A DNA stretch of 49,865 nt from an uncultured delta proteobacterium (GCA_963803975.1 CAWDOY010000002.1:1-49865), one strand, 5' to 3'; shown: positions 28,896 to 38,472, numbered from the stretch's first letter. A program made the numbers and translations. The notes: generated by a model not told the origin, from the sequence alone.

Positions 28896-30775
28896 GTGTT
28901 TCGCACGGAAATACTTCTGGATGGTACTGTGAAAACATTATCAGACATACAAGCTAATACTCCGACATCCTTATCTGCACGCATATCCTGTAGCATCCCT
29001 TTTTTTCTAGTAATCCCATTATTTCTTATTTTTTGCGTTACTCATGTTTATGCTGGTCAGGTAACATTAGGCTGGGATCAAAATACAGAACCAGACCTTG
29101 CGGGCTATAAAATCTACTATGGTAATTCGTCAGGAAATTATACTCAAAGCAAGGATGTCATAGGCAAGACTGCTACCTCTTGCATTATTACTAATCTAAC
29201 AGAAGGACAGACATATTATTTTGCAGCAACTGCGTATAACAGCAGCCTGGTGGAAAGCAATTATTCTGCAGAAGTTTCTTGTACTATTACCCCTGCAACG
29301 ACCAGCGTGCCGACAACCACCACGACCGTGCAGCCGACAACCTCAAGCAGCACCTCGTCAATTATCCCGACAACCAGCATCCCTACAACCACGACGACGA
29401 TACGGCCGACAACCACCACGACCGTGCAGCCAACAACCTCAAGCAGCACCTCGTCAATTATCCCGACAACCAGCATCCCTACAACCACGACGACGATACG
29501 GCCGACAACCACCGACGGCACCAACACCGTGCAGCCGACAACCTCAAGCAGCACCTCGTCAATTATCCCGACAACCAGCATCCCTACAACCACGACGACG
29601 ATACGGCCGACAACCACCACGACCGTGCAGCCGACAACCTCAAGCAGCACCTCGTCAATTATCCCGACAACCAGCATCCCTACAACCACGACGACGATAC
29701 GGCCGACAACCACCACGACCGTGCAGCCAACAACCTCAAGCAGCACCTCGTCAATTATCCCGACAACCACGACGACGATACGGCCGACAACCACCACGAC
29801 GACGATACGGCCGACAACCACCACGACCGTGCAGCCAACTACCTCAAGCAGCACCTCGTCAATTATCCCGACAACCACCACGACTGTGCAGCCAACTACC
29901 TCAAGCAGCACCTCGTCAATCATCCCGAAACCGACTTGCAACTACCTCGACGGTCATACCCGACAACCACCACTACCAGCAGTGCATCCACGACTACTGC
30001 AGGAGGTGGTGGCGGGGGTGGAGGCGGGGGTGGAGGAACACCAGCGTCAACAACCACAACAACGGTTCAGACGATAACTACCACCACTGCGGTAGAGATA
30101 AGCACAACAACGGTTCCGGTAGAGACAACGACTACCATTAAGATAAACACAAGCCCTGTGGCGAATGCAGGGTATGACCGCAGTGTACAGGCAGGGGATA
30201 CGGTGCTGCTCGACGGTTCCAGTAGCTACGATACCGATGGTAATGTCTTGCAGTATCGCTGGAAACAGATTTCCGGCCTCCAGGTTATCCTGGAAAATGA
30301 GAATGAGGTTATCGCCTCGTTCGTCGCAGAAAGCGAAGGTTTTTATGAATTTGAATTAACCGTATCTGACGGTATCTTTGAAAGTAGCGATATCGTGCTT
30401 ATAGAAATAACAGAAAAAACCATTCAGCTTCTATCACCAGGTAACGGTGAAGTATTTTTCAGTCGCCCAACACTACGCTGGGACGGAAAGGGATGCGACA
30501 GCTTTAAGGTATATCTGTCAAGAGATGGAAAGCGATTTTATGAGGTTGGTGAGACAGCAGAGGAAAACTTTACCGTGCGACCGCTGACGAACTTTTTGTA
30601 TAGCACTAATAAAAAAGATTTTTCACCAATATACTGGAAGGTGTTAGGGAAACAGGACGGAGAGGGAAATATATGGTTAGAGAGCCCAACCTGGCAGTAT
30701 TACAATATAAGAAAAAATGTCCTTATTGAAAATTTCTTTACCTGGCTAACTTCTGTAATTAATGCATCAAAATAG
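28896..30775 (+). CDS. Secreted/surface protein: signal peptide, fibronectin type III domain, Thr/Ser-rich repeat stalk, poly-Gly, PKD-like domain; frameshifted near 29930-29960 (start may be GTG 28929)
   Basis: VYA-GQVTLGWD..DLAGYKIYYG..LTEGQTYYFAATAYN..ES.YS FN3; second frame gives PVANAG..V.LDGSSSYDTDG..YRWKQISG..YEFELTVSDG PKD/REJ-like domain. Confidence 0.85.
29307..29927 (+). repeat. 96-nt tandem repeat (PTTTTTVQPTTSSSTSSIIPTTSIPTTTTTIR) with truncated later units
   Basis: Unit starts at 29310, 29406, 29502, 29607 (previous unit has 9 extra nt), 29703, then partial units. Confidence 0.92.
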
Positions 30776-30821
30776 CCTGCTGACCCAGCCAAGCCCATCA
30801 CCTTTTTAATACCTCTAAGAA

Positions 30822-30862
30822 AAATAGGGACAGCGACCATGTAACAATCGCTGTCCCTATTT
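30822..30862. terminator. Hairpin terminator between surface-protein gene and tRNA-Asn
   Basis: AAATAGGGACAGCGA-N11-TCGCTGTCCCTATTT perfect 15 bp stem. Confidence 0.8.
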
Positions 30863-30869
30863 AATTGTC

Positions 30870-30945
<76 letters not shown>

Positions 30946-30975
30946 ATTATTCTATAGTTTCAATCGAGGCTATAC

Positions 30976-31004
30976 TTTATAAAAGAAAATCGGTTTGTTG
31001 TCAA
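30976..31004 (-). promoter_or_regulatory. Sigma-70 promoter of tRNA-Asn
   Basis: TTGACA-17 bp-TATAAA on the minus strand ~30 nt upstream of the tRNA. Confidence 0.65.
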
Positions 31005-31040
31005 TGGTTTTCAGCGGCGGCTATATGTCGCCGGACCCGT

Positions 31041-32468
31041 TTAAAACATCTCTGCGTCAGTCCAGCGGACCATCTCGCCGAGGCAGGGCAGGCCATCATG
31101 ATGCCACATCATCGAGGGCGTCGGCATCTTGCCCGGCGGGCAGATGCGTGAAACCCCGAGGCGCGCAAACAGATTAAACATCTCCGCGCGCCGCTCCTCT
31201 CCCACCGCAAGCCCGGCATTCTGCATATACCCTTTGATGGGTGCAAGATAATTGACAATATCTTTCAGGTCCGGCAGCGGAACAATGCGGATAAACCGGT
31301 GCAGAGGAGAGGAAAGAAATTCCTTCAGCGGCTCATACACGACGGTCCACGACAGGTTTTCTGCCGCCCGCATTAATACATTCTCTCCCGCAAGCTCCCT
31401 GAGCTCATAGGTATTGTGCAGGTGCCTGAGCACTGCTGCATCTTCAATATTGAGCCGTGCCGGAGGAGCCTTCTGCTCCTGGGTTTTCATTGCCTGCTCC
31501 AGCAGTGGCATAAATTCCTTGGGGCTCACCGCGCCGCCCTCTTCCAGAAAATAGACCTGAGGCGAGATGCAGGCGAACTGGTCAAAGGTGGACACATCAT
31601 AGGCTATTTTTTGCGCAAGCCCGGGGGCAGCTTTTTTATTTAGCGCTTCCCTTCCCACCGCCCCAAAGCCGATCCTGTGGCTGTGGGAGATTACCCTGGT
31701 GCCCGGCGGCACCCGCTTGCACACAGAGGTGCAGGTTGCTTCGCTGCCGTAGACAATAATAACGCTGCAGTGGTTAAAAAGAATTTTTTCAATTTCCTCA
31801 TCGCCGCCATGCCAGGAAAGTATCGCCAGGCAGTTGCCTAGTTCCGGATCAATTTCTTTCAGCGTTTCCGCGTACAGGGGCGGAAATATGGGCTCTTCCC
31901 GCGAAGCCTTTCCCATAATCGGGGCCTTCACCAGAAACGAGCGCATCACGCTCAAATGCGGGAGACCGGGAATATTGGAGGAAAATATGGCAGCTGTCAG
32001 CTCAGGTCCTGTTGCTTTTGAATGGCAGCCGCGCTCTTTTGAATAATGAAACCCGTCGAGAAATGCCGGGTCTCCAAGCTCTGAGCGAAGTGCCCGCAGC
32101 AGGTCGTCCCTGCGGGAGGAGAGATGCTCCACCCTTATGGATTCCCTGACCATCTCGGGAGAAAAGCCGGTAAACAGGGAAATGGCCTCAACCGCAGCAA
32201 CTTTTTTCGGGGATGTATCATCAAGCCATTGCTCTGAAGCCCGGTCCAGAATGTCTGCGATGGTTGCAACCGGCAAAGATTCAAGATAGGCTTTTTTTTC
32301 TTTTAAAAAGGCTATGACCTTCTCCAGGAACCGGGGCGTGACGACAGGAAACTCCACCCGCATAACCGCGTCTTGCTCGGGGAATTCATGAACGGAATAG
32401 CTGAAGCCTGAAATTTCCGCGCGGAGCGGTTCCGGAAGGTAGTAGCCTTTTACCGCGAGCTCTCTCAT
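31041..32468 (-). CDS. Acyl-CoA reductase, LuxC family
   Basis: SSNIPG, K.S.EEP, YGS, H.H.IGF, FDQFACISPQ catalytic Cys, GVSRICPPG..P...WHHDG. Confidence 0.9.
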   Translation of the reverse strand: MRELAVKGYYLPEPLRAEISGFSYSVHEFPEQDAVMRVEFPVVTPRFLEKVIAFLKEKKAYLESLPVATIADILDRASEQWLDDTSPKKVAAVEAISLFTGFSPEMVRESIRVEHLSSRRDDLLRALRSELGDPAFLDGFHYSKERGCHSKATGPELTAAIFSSNIPGLPHLSVMRSFLVKAPIMGKASREEPIFPPLYAETLKEIDPELGNCLAILSWHGGDEEIEKILFNHCSVIIVYGSEATCTSVCKRVPPGTRVISHSHRIGFGAVGREALNKKAAPGLAQKIAYDVSTFDQFACISPQVYFLEEGGAVSPKEFMPLLEQAMKTQEQKAPPARLNIEDAAVLRHLHNTYELRELAGENVLMRAAENLSWTVVYEPLKEFLSSPLHRFIRIVPLPDLKDIVNYLAPIKGYMQNAGLAVGEERRAEMFNLFARLGVSRICPPGKMPTPSMMWHHDGLPCLGEMVRWTDAEMF

Positions 32469-33562
32469 GACTTCTTTGTTATCTCCTCTATAGAAAGCGA
32501 ACAGCCGCGTGCCTCCGAGCCGCGGGCACGGCCGAGAATCTCAAATCCCTGTTCGCAGCGCCGGCCGATGTCATCGGTCTGAATGGCAGCAACCCGCTCC
32601 AGATTCGTCAGGTCAAGATGCCAGAGAACACCTTTTTCACCAAGCGGAACCTCTTTCATGGTGCGTGGGTCAAAAACCAGCGTCCTGGTCCAGGGCGGGT
32701 TTTCCTTGCAGCGTTTATCCGGAGAGCCGTTGAAATGATTTTTAAGGGCATTGTCATAAAATTGTGAGCCAAGCTCGGTCATACCCAAAAGATTAATACT
32801 CATAGCGGGCGGAATCCCCAGGAACCTGCTGCCAAGGGAGAGAAATTCATCCCGCGCTATCTCTCTCTCCTTACCCTTATACCCACCAGCATCAAGCGTT
32901 CTGCTTCCGGCTGGAAGGTTGAAGGCAAGCCCCTGCAGCGCGCAGTAGTCAAAGAAGGTTAAGAATCCAAGCGATGCGCCAATGAGCGCGATTGAAATGT
33001 TTTCGTGCTCAGCGAGCTTCAGCTCTTTTGCCAGCTCCTCGGGAACGAAGCCCCGTTCTCCTATCAGAAAGCGGCTTCCCGGCAGACCATATTTTTTTTT
33101 AAGCTGCTCCATGCCATAGGCCATTATCATGTGCGGTGCTTTTTCCGGGGGCGGGGCAATTATGAGAAAGCGATATTTGCCGCTGTCGGGGAACAGGCAG
33201 CGCCGGGCATTTTCAAGGATCGCGGTATCCATGAGCTCAAGACCTTCTTCAGAAAACAGGGCGCGGCCTTTTTTAACCCCTTGGGTGGTGCCACTGGTGC
33301 TGAAGATCCGCTTTGCTTCAGCCGGCGGTTTTGAAAAAAGCTCAAACAGTTTGAACCCTTCTGTTGAGATGCCGGGAATGTCGCGCCAGGAAGAAACCTT
33401 GCCTGGTGCAGCGCCCCTTTTATCACAGAGTTTCTGATAGATCGGGATATTTGTATACTGGAACGAAAACACTTCAAGCGCCAGTCGGTTGAAGGCGTTC
33501 TCGTCGCGATTTGTAAAAGAGCTTTTAATATATTCTGTTATGCGGTGATAGATAGTCGCCAT
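32465..33562 (-). CDS. Acyl-protein synthetase, LuxE family
   Basis: FSTSGTT P-loop, GGYKG, GMTELGSQ, IQTDDIG, C-terminal GRARGSEARGCS with acyl-accepting Cys; overlaps LuxC-like start. Confidence 0.9.
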   Translation of the reverse strand: MATIYHRITEYIKSSFTNRDENAFNRLALEVFSFQYTNIPIYQKLCDKRGAAPGKVSSWRDIPGISTEGFKLFELFSKPPAEAKRIFSTSGTTQGVKKGRALFSEEGLELMDTAILENARRCLFPDSGKYRFLIIAPPPEKAPHMIMAYGMEQLKKKYGLPGSRFLIGERGFVPEELAKELKLAEHENISIALIGASLGFLTFFDYCALQGLAFNLPAGSRTLDAGGYKGKEREIARDEFLSLGSRFLGIPPAMSINLLGMTELGSQFYDNALKNHFNGSPDKRCKENPPWTRTLVFDPRTMKEVPLGEKGVLWHLDLTNLERVAAIQTDDIGRRCEQGFEILGRARGSEARGCSLSIEEITKKS

Positions 33563-33596
33563 AATGTAATCAAGGCTGAAAGCTGGCCGCTGTGCG

Positions 33597-34856
33597 CTAA
33601 AGATGCAGAGCTACCGCTTTTTTTGTCAGGAGAAATTCGATGAAATCAAACAGCTCGTTTTCTTCCAAAGATTTATCCGCAAGATGCTCCGTGATGGTTT
33701 TAATTCCCGCGCAGGAGTTTAAAAACGCTTCTATACCCTTTCGTTTGACACCGTATTCTGCGGCAATACGCGCGGCATTCTCTGCTGACACAAGCAGTTT
33801 TGGCCGCAGGTTCTTTGCCGGCCGCGGCAGGTCCTTAAAACCCGGCGTGATCTTCACGTCTTGTGCCGCATAGGCAAACAGACAGGGCTCGCAATTGAAT
33901 TTAAGCTTGAAAAGGTGCTTATAGGCGCTGAAGCCGGCAACAATGCCGTCGCCGATTGATCTGCCGACGGTTGCGTAAAGCCCGGTCACATCTCCTGCGG
34001 CATACACACCGGGAAGGCTTGTCTTCATTTCCCGGTCAACTTCAATAAACCCGCGTGCGTCCTTCTTTAAAGCCGCACTGTCAAAATCATAGAGAGGCGA
34101 CAGCTCGTAAGAATTATAATCAAGCAGAACTTTCTTGCAGGGTATAAACCGCTCCTCCCCGCCTTTTAAAAGAACCCGTACCCCTTCGAGCGCTCCTTGT
34201 CCTTCGTAGCGAATAATTTTGCCCTGTAAAACGGACCCGGCAGCAGCAGGAAACGGAGCCTCTGCCGCGTTTGAATCAATCAGATAGATGACCGTGTGCC
34301 GTCCCCTGTTGCAGGCCTCAATCAGGTCAACAAGGTTCCGGGTAAATTCATTGCCCACAATGAGGGCGGTCTGCCTGCCATCCATGCTGAAAAAATTGTT
34401 GAGCAGCTCCTCGAAAAACTCATAGCCCATATAGGTGATGGCGATCTGCTTCAGGTAATCCTGCTCATTGCAGAGGCTGCGAAAACCTGTGGCAATAATG
34501 ACCGCGAGCGTGCGAATTGTTTCCCCCGCGTCGGTATGGATTATTTTAATTGCCCCATCCATCTCAAGTTTAATGACCCGTGACGGGATGAGGGGTATTT
34601 CAAGATCTTCAATATCTTTCCTGAAGCGGCCCACCACATCCGCGCCCATGAGATGAAAAGATGGCCCCGTGAGCATGCAGGAGCGCCACTTGGCAAGACC
34701 GCCGAGCCCTGCTTTATCAAAGATGACCGTGCTGCAGGGCACGGCCTTGTAGCTCTTGACCCAGCGGGTGCGGATGGCCGCGGTCATCCCGGCCGGGCCG
34801 GCGCCGATGACAGCGACATCGTAGTCGTATGGAGCAATAGAGGACATGGTGGACAT
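33597..34856 (-). CDS. TrxB-fold NAD(P)/FAD-dependent oxidoreductase with C-terminal extension
   Basis: VIGAGPAG, IIATG, TSLPGVYAAGD; no CxxC redox pair at the TrxB position; ~100 aa extra C-terminus. Confidence 0.85.
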   Translation of the reverse strand: MSTMSSIAPYDYDVAVIGAGPAGMTAAIRTRWVKSYKAVPCSTVIFDKAGLGGLAKWRSCMLTGPSFHLMGADVVGRFRKDIEDLEIPLIPSRVIKLEMDGAIKIIHTDAGETIRTLAVIIATGFRSLCNEQDYLKQIAITYMGYEFFEELLNNFFSMDGRQTALIVGNEFTRNLVDLIEACNRGRHTVIYLIDSNAAEAPFPAAAGSVLQGKIIRYEGQGALEGVRVLLKGGEERFIPCKKVLLDYNSYELSPLYDFDSAALKKDARGFIEVDREMKTSLPGVYAAGDVTGLYATVGRSIGDGIVAGFSAYKHLFKLKFNCEPCLFAYAAQDVKITPGFKDLPRPAKNLRPKLLVSAENAARIAAEYGVKRKGIEAFLNSCAGIKTITEHLADKSLEENELFDFIEFLLTKKAVALHL

Positions 34857-34870
34857 TTTTAAAGATGTTG

Positions 34871-34942
34871 AGCGTTCAGCTGTCAGCGATCAGCTCATGC
34901 GGCTTACCGGACCTGAAAGCTGAAGGCTGACAGCTTATAGCT
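34871..34942. repeat. Heptamer-repeat inverted element (AGCNNTC / CTGANAG)
   Basis: AGCGTTC AGCTGTC AGCGATC AGCT ... CTGAAAG CTGAAGG CTGACAG CTTATAG CT, arms complementary. Confidence 0.65.
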
Positions 34943-34944
34943 GT

Positions 34945-36558
34945 TTATGTAAACACATCCCGCTTTGCAGGTTTTTTATCAAGGCCTTTTAACTTCCAGT
35001 ACAGAGACCGGTAGGTGCAGTAGACCCGGCCCTTGAACGGCGTATTATATTTCCTGGCATCGGGGTGCAGGAAGCAGAAGTGATCACATTTCAGCTTCTG
35101 CATCTCTTCAGAAAATTCGTGGGCGTTATACTGCTTGTCCGCGCCGGTAAAGAAGGTGTTGTTATAATACCCGAGGGCTGAGTAGGTGTCTGAATCCTGC
35201 CCGCCGTGGGAGCGGTAAAAATCCATGAAGGTTGATCGGTCGCTGACAATGCCGTATTTTTCAGGATGCAGGAACTGCGGGGCCCCCGGCTCGATCTGGA
35301 TGGTCCATACCATCATGCGCTTCAGGATTTTCTTATAGCGCTTGCTGATAGTCGCCATCATCTGCTTGGTCTGCATTGCCTCGTCTATGGTTTCGTGCGG
35401 GATGCCCACGGTAAAAAACATGTCCAGGTAGATATCCCGCTCCTTCATGAAGTCAAGGGTCTCATAGAGCTCCTGGTTGGAGTAGAAGAAGCCCTTGTTC
35501 ATCTTGCGCACACGCTCAGCTGATGATTCAGCGGATATGGCAAGTATTGAGTATTTGCCGGGGAATGTTTCCTTGAACGCTTCCATAAAGCTTTTTGTCG
35601 GCAGGGCCCAGCACTCAAAGTACCAGTCAAGCCCCAGGTTCTTTTTTCTGATCAGCTTGAACAGCTCCTGAAAATAGCGGTCGTCCTTGGGCGTCGGGTC
35701 ATAGCAGACCGACATGGTCTGGTAGCCGTAGGACTTGGCCTGCTCCATCGACTCAACCACCTTCTCCGGCTCTCTGAAGATGACCTTTTTCCGTCCGCTG
35801 ATAATCAGCTGCCCCTCGTAGCTGCCGCCGCAGAATGAGCAGTTCACCGGGCAGCCCCGGCCTATCGCGAGGGGAAAGAGCGAGGTACCGATGGAGTGGT
35901 GCTTGATATTTTTCTCCGGAGAGAAATTTTTCATCCACGCCAGGGGAAAGCTGAAGGAGCGCACATAGGTGGGGTAATTTTTCAGAAGCTTGAGATTCGT
36001 GAAGTTGAGCTCATCAATATCTTTTTTCTCGGCAACATAGCTCAGGGGATTTTCAACAATCTCTGCGCCCCTGCGCCAGGTAAGATTCGGAACCGGGCTG
36101 AAATCAGCGGCATTGCCGGAGAGTGCCTGCATGAGAGCAACGACCGGCCTTTCACCATCGCCCCGCACCACGGCATCAATGCAGGAAAAGTTTTCAAGGA
36201 CCTCTTTGGCAAAAAAGCTTGCGGTAAAGCCGCCGAGAACAATCAGGATATGGGGATAACGCTCTTTAATTTTTTTTGCCACTTCTATGGTATCGTATGC
36301 CTGGTAATGCCAGTGAATGGGCATGCCGATTACCTTCACCTTTTTATCCTTCAGCCACTCAACGAGAGAGAAGGTCTGGTCTTCAATCCATTCGACACCC
36401 AGATGTATAATCTGCGATGAGTAGCCGTTTCTGTTCAGGTAGTCAGACATGGCAAAAATGCCCATGGGCATGAAGGTGATGTTCATGAACTCGCCAAGCG
36501 GCTTGTAGAAGCTGCTTTTCTTGGGTACATGCACAAAAAGAAAATCGATCTGTTCCAC
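34945..36558 (-). CDS. B12-binding domain radical SAM protein
   Basis: PMGIF, LGGFTAS, RGDGE, GRGCPVNCSFC; AGGAG RBS before GTG. Confidence 0.9.
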   Translation of the reverse strand: MEQIDFLFVHVPKKSSFYKPLGEFMNITFMPMGIFAMSDYLNRNGYSSQIIHLGVEWIEDQTFSLVEWLKDKKVKVIGMPIHWHYQAYDTIEVAKKIKERYPHILIVLGGFTASFFAKEVLENFSCIDAVVRGDGERPVVALMQALSGNAADFSPVPNLTWRRGAEIVENPLSYVAEKKDIDELNFTNLKLLKNYPTYVRSFSFPLAWMKNFSPEKNIKHHSIGTSLFPLAIGRGCPVNCSFCGGSYEGQLIISGRKKVIFREPEKVVESMEQAKSYGYQTMSVCYDPTPKDDRYFQELFKLIRKKNLGLDWYFECWALPTKSFMEAFKETFPGKYSILAISAESSAERVRKMNKGFFYSNQELYETLDFMKERDIYLDMFFTVGIPHETIDEAMQTKQMMATISKRYKKILKRMMVWTIQIEPGAPQFLHPEKYGIVSDRSTFMDFYRSHGGQDSDTYSALGYYNNTFFTGADKQYNAHEFSEEMQKLKCDHFCFLHPDARKYNTPFKGRVYCTYRSLYWKLKGLDKKPAKRDVFT

Positions 36559-36616
36559 TGATAGGTCTCCTTTGGCGTTGCGGAGTTTAGGGGTTATGAG
36601 TTCAGGAGCCGGTAAC

Positions 36617-37126
36617 TCAAGAATTTAATTTGTTTTTCATTTCCTCTTCAAGGAACTTCAGCAGCCCGCCTTTTTCCAGCACACGTTGAATATATTCCGG
36701 CAGGGGACTGCAGGGAAGCGCCCAGCCCTGATGCGTGCTTCTTACCTCAAGCTTTTCAAGGTCAATAACAAGCGGCTCTCCCTGAACTGCTTTTTTTGCT
36801 ATGCCCGGACAGGTTATGAGATAAATCCCCTGGTTCGTCAAGTTGCGGAAGAAAATACGGGCGAACGACTCGGCAACTATTGCCCGGATGCCGTTATAGG
36901 CAAATGACCGGGCAGAGGATTCGCGGCTTGAGCCGCAGCCGAAGTTTTTGCCGGCAACGATAATATCATCTTTTGCCATCCGGGAAAAGAAATCCTCTGC
37001 GCCTTTGGACAGCCCCGAAGCAATCCGGTCTTTTTTCAGGCTGAAGTAGTCCGGCGGATGCAGGATGTCCGTATTGACATGGTCGCCCAGCAAAAACGCG
37101 TTTCCAATGAATGATTTTTTTAACAT
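36617..37126 (-). CDS. Homoaconitase / 3-isopropylmalate dehydratase small subunit (HacB/LeuD-like)
   Basis: GDHVNTDIL.P, AGKNFGCGSSRE, AESFARIFFRN, GGLL. Confidence 0.92.
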   Translation of the reverse strand: MLKKSFIGNAFLLGDHVNTDILHPPDYFSLKKDRIASGLSKGAEDFFSRMAKDDIIVAGKNFGCGSSRESSARSFAYNGIRAIVAESFARIFFRNLTNQGIYLITCPGIAKKAVQGEPLVIDLEKLEVRSTHQGWALPCSPLPEYIQRVLEKGGLLKFLEEEMKNKLNS

Positions 37127-37145
37127 GCGTTAGACGTTACCATTG

Positions 37146-37206
37146 GACGCAGATGCCCGCAGATTATAAGTATTTTTATCTGCTCAGATCAGCGTAAATC
37201 CGCGCC
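37146..37206. repeat. 10-nt-period inverted repeat element (CGCAGAT / ATCTGC)
   Basis: ACGCAGATGC CCGCAGATTA ... ATCTGCTCAG ATCAGCGTAA ATCCGCG. Confidence 0.6.
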
Positions 37207-37209
37207 CTG

Positions 37210-38472
37210 TTAACAATATTTTCTCGGGTCAGTAATTTTTCCCTCAATAGCCGAGGCTGCAGCAGTCGCTGTTGAGCTGAGGAAAACCCTGCTGCCCTTT
37301 CCTCCCATCCTGCCGTCAAAATTCCGGTTCGAGGTAGCAAGGCAGGTTTCGCCCTCGGCAATGATGCCTTTATCAATTTTTCCGCACGGGCCGCAGCTCG
37401 GGTTGCAGATGGCAGCGCCGGCTTCTATGAGTGTCTGAATGTAGCCCTTTTCCATGGCCGCAAGATAAATCCTGTTTGAGGAAGGAATTACCACAAGCCG
37501 GCAGTAGGGCGCGGCTTTTTTCCCCTTCAGGATTTCTGCAGCAATCCGCAGGTCTTCAACCCTCCCCCCCGTACAGGAGCCGATATACACCTGATCAACA
37601 TGCTCTCCTGCCACATCGCCGACCGGCACTGCATGGCTCGGATGCGGCGGAATAGCAACCTGCGGAGCAAGAGAGGATACGTCGAGCGTTATCTCCCGTT
37701 CATACACCGGCTGTTCTGGTACGGTGACCGCAGCGTAATTATCAGCACCTTTTTCTTTCAGATAGGATTGCGTTATTGCATCGGGGATAAATATGCCCGC
37801 CTTTGCCCCGCCCTCCACCACCATGTTTGAGATGGAGAAGCGGCTGTCCATGGTGATGCCGTTTTTAGTGCTGTCCGCAAACTCAAGCGACCGGTAGAGC
37901 GCCCCGTCTTCTTCCAGGTCCCCAAGCACTTTTAATATTATGTCTTTGCCGAGGATGAACGGGCCTTGCGTGCCGGTGAAGGTGATTTTAAAACACTCCG
38001 GGACCTTGAGCCAGATAGTGCCGGTAAGGAGGCCATAGAGAACATCGGTTGAGCCCATGCCGGTTGCAAGACAGCCGAGCGCTCCAGCCATAACAGTATG
38101 CGAGTCCGCGCCGATCACGAGCTTTCCCGGAACAATCGCCGGATGCTCAACCAGCAGCTGGTGGCAGATGCCGGAAAAGAGCTCGAGATTTTTAATCTGC
38201 TCTTTTTTGCAGAAGTCGAGAAATTTCTTCAGTATGTTCGCCCGCTCTTCATTAGCAGGCGGCGCAAAATGGTCGGCGGTGACAAGCACCCGGTCCCGGT
38301 CCCAGATTTTTCCCCCGAGGCGGTTGAAATCATCTACGAGCAGCGCGGTGGTGGCATCGTGGCCGAGAATAAAATCGAGATAAAACTCCGCGTAGTCATT
38401 TTCTGCAACAGGCCGGTTGCCGGTCCGATGCTTAAGGAGAATGTGGTGCGTGTAGGTATTAGAGCTTTTCAT
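37210..38472 (-). CDS. Homoaconitase / 3-isopropylmalate dehydratase large subunit (HacA/LeuC-like)
   Basis: DHFAP, GICHQ, GADSHT, IGSCTGGR, PSCGPC (three cluster Cys), TSNRNF.GR.G. Confidence 0.93.
   Translation of the reverse strand: MKSSNTYTHHILLKHRTGNRPVAENDYAEFYLDFILGHDATTALLVDDFNRLGGKIWDRDRVLVTADHFAPPANEERANILKKFLDFCKKEQIKNLELFSGICHQLLVEHPAIVPGKLVIGADSHTVMAGALGCLATGMGSTDVLYGLLTGTIWLKVPECFKITFTGTQGPFILGKDIILKVLGDLEEDGALYRSLEFADSTKNGITMDSRFSISNMVVEGGAKAGIFIPDAITQSYLKEKGADNYAAVTVPEQPVYEREITLDVSSLAPQVAIPPHPSHAVPVGDVAGEHVDQVYIGSCTGGRVEDLRIAAEILKGKKAAPYCRLVVIPSSNRIYLAAMEKGYIQTLIEAGAAICNPSCGPCGKIDKGIIAEGETCLATSNRNFDGRMGGKGSRVFLSSTATAAASAIEGKITDPRKYC

Noticed and set aside
29307..29927. Possible CRISPR array
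   Set aside because: Contiguous coding tandem repeats with no unique spacers and no cas genes
29221..30141. Long alternative-frame ORFs over the repeat (RQPPRPCS..., DNHHDRAA..., antisense VVVVG...)
   Set aside because: Expected shadows of ACN/TCN-rich codons; only the Thr/Ser frame joins recognisable FN3 and PKD domains
27974..30775. Diversity-generating retroelement or active retroelement
   Set aside because: No reverse transcriptase ORF and no adenine-specific TR/VR pair
31041..33562. Bioluminescence operon
   Set aside because: No luxA, luxB, luxD or luxG in the window
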